Positions 46,631 to 59,517 of a DNA stretch of 64,000 nt are shown piece by piece. Source of the DNA: Octopus vulgaris (Eukaryota); NCBI GenBank assembly GCA_951406725.2, contig OX597820.1:112902001-112966000 (forward strand), given 5' to 3'. The position numbers and the translations under genes were made by a program. The notes under the pieces were generated by a model. That model had not been told where the DNA came from. It did not search any database and saw nothing but the letters and a program-made list of their open reading frames with translations. Positions within the stretch are counted from its first letter, which is position 1. Every line of letters begins with the position of its first letter.

Positions 46631-46820
46631 TTATATATTTTCAGCATTGTTATCTATAGCGATATCAAGATATAACTTTGTATTTTGTATTTTATGTGTA
46701 GATGTATATATATAGATGTACATGTAATATGTACACATATATATACACATATATACATGCACTAGCACTATGACCTGGCAACGACGGGTCTTTAATGCTA
46801 GTATATATATATATACACAC

Positions 46821-46867
<47 letters not shown>

Positions 46868-46869
<2 letters not shown>

Positions 46870-47014
46870 GATAAGAAAAGAAATGGAGCAACAATTAAGA
46901 ACTAGAAGTTGATCACTGGTATTAAAAGGTCATAGTTTAATTAAACTATGACCTTTTAATACCAGTGATCAACTTGTAATTGTTAATTGTTGCACCATTT
47001 CTTTTTCTTATCTG
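46868..47014. repeat. Spacerless palindrome with ~73-bp arms
   Basis: 35-bp perfect arms (46906-46975) centred at 46940/46941, extending with a few mismatches. Confidence 0.95.
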
Positions 47015-47152
47015 AATATATTAAACCACAGTTTACCATTTAAATTACCAACTACTATTAACCTTACAGCAAGGCCTATACATAGTGAGGCAATACACCA
47101 GCAGTGCCTGCGGATACATTTATCCCTTAGACGGTTGCATAACCTCTAACTC

Positions 47153-47199
<47 letters not shown>

Positions 47200-47203
<4 letters not shown>

Positions 47204-47450
47204 CATAAAATACACCAATCTGACCGTGGCCGTTGCCAGCCCGCCTGGCACCTGTGCAGGTGGCACATAAAAAGCACCCACTACACTCACGGAGTGGTTG
47301 GCGTTAGGAAGGGCATCCAGCTGTAGAAACATTGCCAGATTAGACTGGAGCCTGGTGCAGCCTTCTGGCTTCCCAGAACCCCGGTCGAACCGTCCAACCC
47401 ATGCTAGCATGGAGAACGGACGTTAAACGACGATGATGACGATGATGATG
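47200..47450 (+). mobile_element. SINE (family 3)
   Basis: Homologous to 7683-7927. Confidence 0.85.
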
Positions 47451-47459
47451 ATATATATA

Positions 47460-47690
47460 TATTTCTTTACTACCCACAAGGGGCTATCACAGAGGGGACA
47501 AAGAAGGACAGACAAATGGATTAAGTCGATTACATCGACCCCAGTGCGTAACTGGTACTTAATTCATCGACCCCGAAAGGATGAAAGGCAAAGTCGACCT
47601 TGGCAGAATTTGAACTCAGAATGTAACGGTAGACGAAATACAGCTATGCATTTCACCCGGTGTGCTAATGTTTCTGCCAGCACGCTGCCT
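47460..47690 (-). mobile_element. SINE (family 2)
   Basis: Reverse complement of the 25406-25626 family. Confidence 0.85.
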
Positions 47691-47709
47691 CGTATATATA
47701 TATATATAT

Positions 47710-47872
47710 TACAGGCTTCTTTCATTTTCCACCTACCAAATCCACTCACAAGGCTTTGGTCAGCCCGAGGCTATAATAGAAGACACTTGTCCAAGATGCC
47801 ACACGGTGGAACTGAACCAGGAACTATATGGTTGGGAAGCAAGCTTCTTACCATGCAACCACTCCTGCACCT
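47710..47872 (-). mobile_element. SINE (family 1) head
   Basis: Reverse complement of the 22225-22390 region. Confidence 0.8.
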
Positions 47873-48688
47873 ATATTTACATACATTTAACATATACTAC
47901 ATGACCGTCCATAAATGCAATATGGATATCATTTGTACATGTTCACAAACCCTTGTTGCATGAATACATGCACCAAACATTGACATGAAGTTCTGTATAC
48001 CAAATAATGCAGCTGTGCATATGCACCAGTCCTTAAAATACATGCTTTTCCCCAATTATTAGAACATGCAAATATGGTTTAAACATTGTATTTACTTGCA
48101 TGGATGAGCCAAACATGACATGCTCATGCATAGACTAAGTTTTGCATGTGTACATATACTCCAAAGATTATGTGTGCATGCATGTATCAATGGACCTTGG
48201 CATATGTCTACATGTAGGAAACGGTAACTCTGGTTCATATTCCTCAAACATTGATATGGCTACATATACACCGATCATTACTACACAATTTGTTCTTGTT
48301 GAATCTCTACACCATAATATAGCCCCCTAACCACCTCCCCCCTATTTGTGTTCACTCACTACCTTCCTTCCTTCCCTCTATCTCCACCTCCACCTCCCCT
48401 TTCACCATCTTAAGAACTTGCTCATCCACTCACCTTGCTTCCACTTCAGTTTCATATACTTCCCTGTAACTTGAGGCCCTCTCACACCCCAGCCCACCTG
48501 ACCACTGGTCACATCTTCTCGGTCTTCTCTCTTCTTTCTCTTCTCTTTTTCCTCTCTCTCTTCTCCATCTCTTTTCTCTCACTCTCTACTCCTCTCGTTT
48601 CTCCCTCCCATTCTCTTCTCTCTCTCTCACTTCTCCCCTTCTCTCTCACTCTCTCCTTTCTCTCACCTTTCTTCTCTCTCACTCTCTC

Positions 48689-48730
<42 letters not shown>

Positions 48731-48734
48731 CCCT

Positions 48735-49030
48735 GGCACAAAGCCACCTCCTTCAATACTACTCCCCATTCATCTAAGGAGTCTTTGTCTTGCATGTTAT
48801 TTGAGTGAACCTACTGCTGCTGATACTACATAAAAAATCACTCAGTTTACTCTGTAGAATGCGTGGCATTGGGAAGGGCATCCAGCCATAGAAGCCATGA
48901 CAAAGCAGGCAGTAGTGGTGGGAGTAGTCTTGTGACTTGCTAGTTTTGGTCACGTTGTCCAGCCCAGAGCAGCATGGAAGAAGGATGTTAAATGATAATG
49001 ACAACAACAATGATGATGATGATGATGATG
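48735..49030 (+). mobile_element. SINE (family 3), degenerate
   Basis: GGGAAGGGCATCCAGCC core; GGATGTTAAATGAT tail. Confidence 0.65.
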
Positions 49031-49299
49031 TATGCACACATAATGAGATATGCATGTTGAGTGGCAGATGGCTGAACACCAATGACTTCACACATTATTA
49101 TATGCATGCATAATGAAATATTGACTACATTATGCATTGATACAAAAATATGCATACATAATTATGCACACACACATATGCATTGAAATTGATGCACATA
49201 GACAGATGTGTAGGAAATGTGAGAGCAGATGTACATACATATTGACATGCATACACACACACACACTCACACACATACACACACACACAAAAGGTATTT

Positions 49300-50080
49300 T
49301 TATATAAGCTTAAAGCTTATGGCAATCACCGAAATGACTAAGGAAGATAGTCTAATAAAGGGGCATCTAAACCCTCAAGCTTCTATAAAAATACCATTAT
49401 TATTATTTACAGGATTGTAGAACATGGCACCATATAAAAAAAACCCATTTGCACTGAAAGCATATAGAAAGTTTGTTTACTAAAAAACAAATACGAACTA
49501 AAATAGTTCTTAAATTTGACAGAAACAGGGGAGGCTAATTCACAGGTGTAAAGGTAACACACTTAGTCGCATTAACAAAGGGATGTGTGTTTGTGTCCCA
49601 TGTGGATAGGAAAACCTTCTTTTCTCTGTTGAGGGCATATATGACCCTAAAATAGACTACTTTCCTTAGTCATTGCACAGTGATCGCTTTAAGCATATAT
49701 AAAAATACCATTATTATTATTTACAGGATTGTAGAACATGGCACCATATAAAAAAAACCATTTGCACTGAAAGCATATAGAAAGTTTGTTTACTTAAAAA
49801 CAAATAGGAACTAAAATAGTTCTTAAATTTGATAGAAACGGAGGAAGCTAATTCACAGGTGTAAAGGTAACACACTTAGTCGCATTAACAAAGGGATGTG
49901 TGTTCGTGTCCCACGTGGATAGGAAAACCTTCTTTTCTCTGTTGAGGGCTTATATGACCCTAAATTAGACTAATTTCCTTAGTCATTGCACAGTGATCGC
50001 TTTAAGCATATACCATTATTATTATTTACAGGATTGTAAAACATGGCACCGTATAAAGAACCATTCACACCGAAAGCATA
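49300..50080. repeat. ~310-bp unit x2.2 preceded by an inverted copy of its end
   Basis: TACCATTATT unit starts at 49392, 49706, 50011; 49300-49380 is a diverged reverse complement of 49628-49700. Confidence 0.85.
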
Positions 50081-50165
50081 CATATATATACATATATACA
50101 CAATTGCAGCGTGAAAGGTGTTTATAAGCCATTTAAAAACACACAAAATTCATTTCAAAATTTAA

Positions 50166-50216
50166 TTTGTCAAAATATTTTTGTTGCTTTGAAGCCGCGA
50201 CCTGTTCACTGACAAA
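50166..50216 (-). ncRNA. Decayed hammerhead-like motif with G3-C8 core swap
   Basis: Minus strand TTTGTCA-GTGAACA-G-GTCGC-GGCTTCAAA-GCAAC-AAAA-ATAT-TT-TGACAAA; G12 and one stem II base altered. Confidence 0.4.
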
Positions 50217-50513
50217 ATTCTGTGCTGCATCTGAGAAATTAACGGTTAGTTCATGATGTGTGTGTGTGTGTGTGTGTATGCATGTATGTGCATATGCATA
50301 TGTGTACGCGAGTATGCATGCATGCATGCCTATACACATAATGTACATATGTATGTTTGTGAGTATTTAGGTATGTAGACGTGTCTGTGTGTGTGTTTAT
50401 ATGTGTATGTACATGTACACCATATGTTTATCTACTGATATGTGTGTCTGTTCAAGTTGTAAATATGACTGTTACTCTGTCGAAGGTGGTATATATATAT
50501 ATATATATATATA

Positions 50514-50672
50514 TCTTTATTTTCTCTCCTTCTTTCTTTATGTGTTCCTTTCTGTGGAAGAGCATAGGCTCGAAACGTTAAAGACTTTTTCACTTCCCAA
50601 GCGTTAAACTAATATATCTGTTTGTTGTCTACACCACATGTTTCGTCTTTTGTTTTTTCTTGTAAATTCTCC
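50514..50672 (+). mobile_element. Short HHR-bearing element, family A
   Basis: Reverse complement of 30-210; motif CTTT-CTGTGGA-A-GAGC-ATAG-GCTC-GAAACGTT-AAAG at 50548-50583. Confidence 0.7.
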
Positions 50673-51192
50673 CACCATCCTCAACGTTCACTGGAGTGAC
50701 TTCGTCACAAACATTGAAGTCTTGGAGCGGGCCAAGATCCCCAGCATTGAAGCCATGCTACTGAAGTCCCACCTCCGATGGAGAACCATCGCCTTCCTAA
50801 GATTGCCCTGTTTGACGAACTCTCCACCGGCCATCGAGTGAGAGGAGCTCTGAGGAAGCGCTACAAAGACTGCCTCAAGAAGTCTCTAGCAGCATGTCAT
50901 ATTAACCACCAATGCTGGTCAGACCTGGCTGCAGACCATGATGTCTGGTGCCACATGATCTTCAACGTAGTCAGAAAGTTTGAGGAACAAAGAAGCAACG
51001 CACTTAAAGACAAGAGACGCAGGAGGAAGGCGCGAGCTGCCTCTGACACCACACCAGATGTTACCTTCGTCTGTGGACACTGCTCACGGACCTGCCTTTC
51101 CTATATCGGACATGTCAGTCATGAGCGTGCATGCACGCAACGTGGGCAGCCTTCCTGATCTTCGTTCGCGAAGCTGAGCCATGATGATGATG
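50673..51192 (+). mobile_element. RTE-clade (BovB-like) LINE 3' fragment
   Basis: ILNVHWSDFVTNIEVLERA..LRW; RLPKIALFDEL..RYKDCLK; C2H2 CGHCSRTC..HERAC; (GAT)n tail. Confidence 0.9.
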
Positions 51193-52938
51193 ACATATAT
51201 GTATTTCAGTATCATGCATCTCAACATGTACATATGGATTTCTACATGTAAATGAGAGGAAGGGGTGATTATAGATGGGTACTCCCATGTAGAATCTGAG
51301 TGTTACCCCATTCGGATATATATATACATATATAATCAACAGGTTTTATTCAAGAAAATAAACATGCAGATTGAAACACCATGCACAAACACTGACATTT
51401 ATTGCAAACTGAACACTGCATGCACACTCAAACACACACACATGCACACACAGATATGCATATGTGTTAGTGTTTGTCTGCTTTGTTATGTCAAGTTGTA
51501 TACAAAAACAATTTAACATTAAACTGAATGATTACTCAATACAGTTTAGTGGAACTTAACTTTTACAAGGGACAACTTGACAGTGAGCTCACTTGCCTTA
51601 GTCAGACACTCTAAAGAAGGCAAACAAGCTAAAATTTTGAAGTCTGCCTTTTTCTTGTAAAAGTTTATTATATATATATTTGTGTGTGTGTTTGTGTGTG
51701 CATGTACGTGTGCATGTGTGCGTGTGTCTGTGTGTGTATGTATATTTATATCTATTTATCTACATGCATGCACACACACACAAATAACACAAATGCATAA
51801 AAAAACATTATGATATGCACAAGAATACACTAAAAGTGCACCTCTTAATCGCAAACATATTGCAGTGTATACAACAGTTAATGACATTTACCTGTAAAAA
51901 TATTGACACAAATACATATTTGTATTTACACATACAGGTGTAAAAGCAGTAAAAATGTTCACAACCACACACTACACACCTATTAACACATACTCACAAA
52001 TGTGTAGTTTTGCATTACACATTCACAAATATAGCTGAACAAACATCCTCATCTGTACCCCATTATTGTTGTCATGACAACTATTGTTGTTGCTTTCTCT
52101 GGTTGTCATAGTCACTCTAGCTGTCTTTGTTAAAGTAATTATTATGACTATTATTGGCTGTTGTTATTGTTATTATTTAGCCTCAGGCCAATGATTAAAG
52201 GAATTTGAGATATGACAGACCTCCACCCCACTTTTTTTTCTACAGGTATTGTAGAAAATACAGGTATTGTTATGATGAACCATGTCACCCAAATTGTTCT
52301 TTTTGACTTTACAAATGGCCAGGTGGGATTGGAGAGGAAATTAGCTGCTACTTTTAGCATCTTAAATGATTGCATGGAGCCTCCATCATTTGCTCATTGC
52401 TATTATTGTTGTTATTGTGTGTGTTCATGCAGTTGTTGCTGTTGTTATTGTTGTCCACGTTGTTATTGCTACTATTGTAGCTCTGTTGCCATCTGCAGCT
52501 AATACTGCACAGTACAGATGCACCGACAAAATGAATGCAAGGCTGCAACACTACTGCATCCGATGTATGCAGCTTTTCAGTCTTCATATAAACAACTTTT
52601 TCTTTGGGTACATCCTCTTGGTAATTGCCATAGTTGTGTATATATAAGTATATATATGCATGAACAGGAGTGTTGGGCAAGTGTATGTATGTGTATGAGT
52701 TTATGTGTATTTGTGTGTGTGTGTGTGTGTGTTTGCAAGTAAGTGGGTATGTATGTTTGAATAATTATATGTGGATAGGTTATTTAGTTCGAGCTCTTGT
52801 AGCATATTTAGCAATCACAGTCAGGGTCATACTGGAGCACCGCCCTCTTTGTATGTGTATGTATATGTATGCTGACAAATGTATATATTAGTACAATTAT
52901 ATACAGGTATGCAGAAAAGTATCCATGTATGTATATCA

Positions 52939-52974
<36 letters not shown>

Positions 52975-53789
52975 TTATATATATATATATGCATGTATGT
53001 ATATGCATGCATATATGTGTGTAGGTATGTGTAGGTATATACATGTGTAGGTATGTGTAGCTATATATGTGTATGCATGTGTAGGTATATGTGTGTATGT
53101 ATGAGTTGCAATTAGATGTGATTGTAGAAATATTGTGACTGTCCATCTACCCTGTCATCTACCTGTCTCTTTCATTTCTTGACACTCCCCTCTCTATTCC
53201 TCTCCCTTTTCTATCTCCACCCCAGCCCTCAATCTTTCTTCACAAAACTCTGCCACTCCCACCTGTCTCCCTCAATCTGTCACACCTCACCTTGCACTCT
53301 GTCACTCCTCCCTCTCTTTGTAACTCCCTCCTACTCTGTTACTCTCTCAATTCCTCTGTCACTTTGACTTTGAAAAGTGCTCTCTCTCTCTCTCTCTCTC
53401 TCTAACTATCTATCTACCTATCTATTCATCTCTCTCTCATGTTCTCTGCCACTCCCACCCCTCATTTCTATATCAGCTTATCACATCAATTCTATAGTTA
53501 ATCAGCCCCAAATGGCTATTTCGCTTATGGAATGCAAATTCTATGAACCAAGATCTATCCAGACACAACATATGTTCATAAACACCACTACCAAATCCCA
53601 CCGCTCTACCATTAACAGACCATCACTAGATCACCATCACCACCACCACCACCACCAACCTAAATTCCATTGACATCATCACCACCAACACCAGCAGCGA
53701 TATCATTATGGTCAACAATTTCATGATAGTTATAGAAAAGAGAGGGAATTGATTAACAGAAGTTTGTAGAAAGACTGACAGATAAGCAG

Positions 53790-53976
53790 ATGGGTGAATG
53801 TACAGCTGGATGGATGGATGGATGGATTAGTAGATCGATGGATAGATAGACAGACAGACAGATTAATAAATAGACAGACAGCTGGATTGATAGATAACTG
53901 GATAGATGGATAGATAGCAAGATAAATTGATGGATATATTATTTGCATACATATTTGTGTGTGTGTGTAGGTAGGC

Positions 53977-54071
<95 letters not shown>

Positions 54072-54075
54072 CAGA
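53790..54075. repeat. (GATA)/(GACA)/(GATG) microsatellite
   Basis: Direct inspection. Confidence 0.9.
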
Positions 54076-55724
54076 GAGTGAGAGGAATGGAGAAGTGAAT
54101 GGAATGGTCAATCGAGCTGATAAAACTAAAAAGGTGAAAATATTTTTCAAAAGCAAAACTTAAGAAAGCAACATTTCCTCAGGTTGTTGTTATACACCAC
54201 CACTACCACCACCACCACCACCACCGCCACATCATCATCATCATCATCAATATCATCATTGTTATTGCTGTTATTATCTTCACTACTACCATTATCATCA
54301 GCCTCTTCCTCAGTATTATGATCAATTGGCATTACAAGACATGTTGCAAAGATACAACCAAATCTCTTGACAACAGCTTATTCTTCCTTCAGCTTAAAAT
54401 GTGTATCATAGAGTAGAAAGTGAAGCTTGTGACTGTATGTAGCCAAAACTCTGCAGAACTGATATTTCCTAAGGATGTGCTGGTAAGGCTCAAAGACTCC
54501 AGTGGTCACATGCAATGCAGGAGAAAATTGGTTTTGCAACAGAAGCACAAAGCAAATGAATTTCAGAGAACCAGAAAGTTCAGATGTGCTTTAATGCAGC
54601 TATTAGTTTTGGAGCTTTCACAATCGGCTTGATTGTCATACTGCAGGATATGGGTTGGGCTGATTTGCAAGGTTCCTGTTTGAGTAATGGTGGGGAATTT
54701 GTTGAGGAGGAAAATTTTGGCTACAGTATTGGGCAAATAAAGGATTAATATCCTGTTGAATATTTTCTTAGTCAAGAGCCAGTCCTGCAGTCATTCTTGT
54801 ATAGAATGGAAATGAATGATAGAAGAATATGTAGAGTTTTCTCTCTTGTATTAGTGTTCCTTGCATCCTTCAGAATGATTGTAAACAAGGTTAGTACAAT
54901 TTTTGTGATAACATGTATTTCAGTGCCAGCTGTCTGATACTGTCCTAAGCAGTACTGTGTCATTCGAAACCTTAAGAGTAACATTATTCTGTATGTATTA
55001 AAGATGAACAAATTTGAAAAATTCTGTTAAGCCTTAGGTAATGCCAATGAATGAAAATAAAGCAAAAATAATTTTGTATTACATTGTGTCTATGTTGTTT
55101 AAAAACCCTATAATATTTTGGAAAAAAATTCCTAATTTCAAATAGAAGAAGGAAAATATTCAAAGAGTTTGGAGAAGTGTTGAGCTTCTCTATCACTTCC
55201 CTCTCAGCACATCCCGTTAATTTTATATTCCATCAGTCCTGAGTGGCTATTACCTATTTGCTTAAGAACCATAAATTCTGTTGAAATAGAATAGTCTTAA
55301 ATTTAATAAGACTTAATGGGAATTTGACAAAAGTACTTTAAGGGAGTTTCTATAAACAATATGAAGGGCCATAATCATGGGATTATGTGAAGAAGTTTAT
55401 TCAAAAAGATAAAAACGGCTACATAGGAATTTCTTGATGTCTCAGATGTACCAAGCACTGTCATCGGTAGCATAATGAAGGTAAAAGTGAAATGTCTATT
55501 TTGTAATTAAGCCATATTGTTATTAGTCTTCTTTATTGGTATTTTGTATCATGCTATACAGCCTTATCAAAAGTTGTTCAATGCTGCATGTAACTACTTC
55601 ATTTTCACCTATCTGCTTATTAGGGATCACACACTTGAAATGGCCATAGCATTCATTCTACATAAAATACACATGATTTCAGTTAAACTTATGATTTCAC
55701 TTAAGCACTTAAGAATAATGTGTG

Positions 55725-55780
<56 letters not shown>

Positions 55781-55781
<1 letters not shown>

Positions 55782-55980
55782 AGGGAGAGTTTACGAAAAA
55801 AACAAAAGACGAAGACAGGTGGTGTACAAAACAAACAGATGTATTAGTATAACGCTCAGGAATAGAAAAGGTCTTTTACATTTCGAGCCTACGCTCTTCT
55901 ACAGAAAGGGACACAGAAAAAACAAGGAGAGAAACAAGGAGAGAAAAAAAATGTGTGTAGTGGCTAATGATCTATCAGGG
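55781..55980 (-). mobile_element. Short HHR-bearing element, family A
   Basis: Homologous to 30-210; minus motif CTTT-CTGTAGA-A-GAGC-GTAG-GCTC-GAAATGTA-AAAG at 55873-55908. Confidence 0.7.
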
Positions 55981-56367
55981 CGATATGAAATGTTTGTGTG
56001 TCGATAACATGTACACACACACAAATACATCCTTACACATTCATACAAAGTTACATTTTAAACAAAGATATATAATAGATGCAATGTATATACAAATGTA
56101 CATTCATGCACTTTGCACCTGAACATACTTTTAGATTCACATAATCATTAATACACCCCCCACACACACACACGCACACACATGCACACATGCACACATA
56201 CACACATGCATGTATGTATGCATGGATCAACAGATAATTTGAAGAAACTAACAGGAAAACAAATTAATTAGAGTTTAAAGTTGGAGTACACTGCGAATGG
56301 ACAAATAAAATGAGGTACTACAACTGTTGCTACTGCTGCTGTTGCTACTGCTGCTGTTACTGTTGCT

Positions 56368-56736
56368 GTTGAGCGAACGGTCTTTGTCCCAGAGCTCGTA
56401 AGATGGGGGAAGTCCGAAACGTGGTCCTTTGCTATTCGTAAGACCCGCAGAAGAGAGAGCAGGTCAACCCCCGACACCGAGAGCATCGACGGATGGATGA
56501 ATGCGCATCCAGGCTCAGCGGTTGCATAGGAAGTCGGGGATAAGAAACAGGAAGAAAGAGTGAGAGAAAGATGGAGCGGAAGCATACAACAGGGGTCGCC
56601 ACCACCCCCTGCCAGAGCCTCGTGGAGTCTTAGGTGTTTTCGCTCAATAAACACACACAACACCCGGTCTGGGAATCGCAACTGCGATCCTCTGAGCGCG
56701 AGTCCGCTGCCCTAACCTCAGGGCCATTGTGCCTCC
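56368..56736 (-). mobile_element. tRNA-derived SINE (family 4)
   Basis: Homologous to 20107-20463; embedded in (TGC/TGT)n. Confidence 0.85.
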
Positions 56737-57325
56737 TGCTGTTGCTGCTGCTGTTGCAAGTGTCCCTTGCAGGGTTAACTACCACTACAAATGTCATCAA
56801 ATGTCACTACCATGGTTTCTGTCATACAACTACTTTTCTAAAGTGATTCCACCACCGCCGCCGCCGCCGTTGCTGCTGCTGCTGCTGCTGCTGGTACAAC
56901 TGTTAATACTAAGATTTCTATCATTTTTTCATAAGGCTCATGTAAGTGTTCCCAGGTAGTGCAGTGTCAAGCAGACAGCATAGCTGTTACCGCAAGATAG
57001 GTTATTAGTCAACCAAAGACAACATAACCAGATGTGCGTCAGTATGTACCTCGTGCCTCTGCGTGTGTGTGTGTGTGTGAGCATATGTGTGTGTGTTAGC
57101 GTGTTTATGTTCTGTGGTTGTTTGTACTTGTGTCTGTATTTGTGTACGTGTGAGTGTCTGTGCGATTGCGTATGTATACCTGTGTGTATGTGTATGTGTG
57201 TGTATATGTGTGTTCTTGTATAATTGTGCATGTGTGTGAATTTGGGTATGTGCCCATATGTAAGTGTATTATGCATGTGTACTTGTGTATGTGTGTGACC
57301 ATACATGTCCGTGTGTATGCATATA

Positions 57326-57716
57326 CTCTTTTACTCTTTTACTCTTTTACTTGTTTCAGTCATTTGACTGCGGCCATGCTGGAGCACCGCCTTTAGTCGA
57401 GCAAATCGACCCCAGGAATTATTCTTTGTAAGCCCAGTACTTATTCTATCGGTCTCTTTCGCCGAACCGCTAAGTGACGGAGACGTAAACACACCAGCAT
57501 CGGTTGTCAAGCAATGCTAGGGGGACAAACACAGACACACAAACATATATATATACATATATACGACGGGCTTCTTTCAGTTTCCGTCTACCAAATCCAC
57601 TCAGAAGGCTTTGGTTGGCCTGGGGCTATAGCAGAAGACACTTGCCCAAGATGCCACGCAGTGGGACTGAACCCGGAACCATGTGGTTGGTAAGCAAGCT
57701 ACTTACCACACAGCCA
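57326..57716 (-). mobile_element. tRNA-derived SINE (family 1), near full length
   Basis: Reverse complement of 22225-22633. Confidence 0.9.
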
Positions 57717-58434
57717 CGTGAATATTTGTGTGTTCATGTGTATGATAAGTGTTTAATTGTAGCCATGGATGGATCTGTCTGGCCCTTATTCACTGGATTG
57801 GGATTTTCCCTTAAGATGGTTTCTTCCCAATATTCTGGCAAAGGGTTATCTTTGAATCCACATCCTATCAGCTCCAGTTATCATTGTTACTTATCTCCCA
57901 TTCAGTCCTGCCCCACCTAATAGATGATTACAGGCATCCAACTTTCATCACCCCAACTTTTTATATCTCTGGGGACCGTTTTGTTACATGTATCCTTCTT
58001 TACTGAAGACAATTATGTGTGAGTTGAGAGAGATTTGGCTGCGGTTTCTAGCATGTGAGATGACTGCATAGAGGTTTCTTCATTAAATCGGGGGCAAGGA
58101 TATAGTTCTAGAGATTTGAAAATTTCCGGATGAAAGTCTGGATGAAATGTGGGGGATTAGGGGAGAGTGATACTGAATAAGATCCACAAAATGAAGAGGA
58201 ATAATTGTGGTAAACGAGTTTGAATGGAGAAATATTCATTTTTTACTTGTTCAGAGGAGCAGAGACTGTTATAGTAGCAACAGAAGAAAAAAAGAAAAGA
58301 TCATATTGTGTATAGACAAACTAGGAGTTGGGGGGAGCAGTTGAGTGATAAGAAATTAGTGGGGTTTTTTTTCCATGGATTTAGCAAAAAAATTTATAAA
58401 ACAAATGAAACGAAGATGAAATGGTGACACTTAC

Positions 58435-58582
58435 CGTTTCAGCTGTTATCCACTGAAAGACCCAATGGTAAAATGAAGAAAGAGTGACCAAGCTAATGGC
58501 ATCAGAGCAAATGCTCTGGCCAGCAGCTAGGTAGATAAAGGTCGCAGCATTGAGAATGGTAACTGCCAACTCTTAGAAATAT
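58435..58582 (-). other. Candidate 148-nt exon of a host transcript
   Basis: Minus strand polypyrimidine tract TTTTCTTCCCTCTTTCTTTTAG acceptor and ACG|GTAAGT donor around apparently non-repetitive sequence; every frame contains a stop. Confidence 0.45.
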
Positions 58583-58846
58583 CTAAAAGAAAGAGGGAAG
58601 AAAATTTTAGAAAATATTTAAGATTTTGGTAGGAAAAATGAACTATTTTGTTTCCAAATACAAAGAAATATTTTTTTTTTTTTTTCATAAAATAAGGATG
58701 AAATCAATCCCACTTTTGAACATAGAATGAGAAGAAAGATAAAAAGAACACTGCAAAGCATTTAATACTATCGAATTTCTACCAAACTATTAGACCAAAA
58801 TATTACATCATTTTGTGGTTTAGTGATGGAGCTATTAGTTTTATTG

Positions 58847-58877
<31 letters not shown>

Positions 58878-58969
58878 ATCTCTCCAAAGAAGGACAAATG
58901 TCTGAAATATAAAAACTTCTTTTCTTTAAAGCATAAAAAAATATTCCATTGTCTGAAATATTCATATTA

Positions 58970-59133
58970 TAGGCATCAGCTTAGCTATGTGGTTAAGAAG
59001 TTTTCTTTCTGACCACATGATTTTGAGTTCAATCTCACAGCATAGCACCTTGGGCAGATGTGTTCTGCTAGAGCTCTGGACCAACCCAACCCTTGTGACT
59101 GGATTTAATAGATAGAAAGTGAAAGAAACCTAT

Positions 59134-59168
<35 letters not shown>

Positions 59169-59410
59169 TGTGTGTGTGTTTCCTTGTCATGGCATCACAT
59201 GATGGTTGTAAATATGAATCCCCATCATGCAAACAATGTTGTTCATTGCCAATCCTCTGTAAAAGCATGATCAGCAATGAGGAAATATTACCTGGCTTAC
59301 AAACAAGTGAGGGCTGGCAATGGAAAGAGCATCCAATTCTGGAAAATCTACCTCCACAAATCCTGTCTGACCTGTGTGAGCATGAAAAAGTGAATGTTAG
59401 AATGATGATG
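58970..59410 (+). mobile_element. Degenerate SINE (family 1 head with family 3-like tail)
   Basis: CACCTTGGGCAG block; similar to 7966-8350. Confidence 0.65.
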
Positions 59411-59517
59411 TTTTCTGATGCAGAATATCAATTTCTTTGGATTCTATTGTTACCAAGAATCTTACAATATTCCGTCACATTCATTTGCAATCTTTGACAG
59501 AATTTCATCAGATTCTC

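Noticed and set aside
49624-49665. CTGTTGA-GGG..CCC-TAAA resembling an HHR in the 310-bp tandem unit
   Set aside because: A6 and G12 are both wrong in both copies and stem I does not pair.
52212-52502. Possible plus-strand exon after TTTTTTTTCTACAG
   Set aside because: Weak donor, no recognisable peptide, and it runs into a simple repeat.
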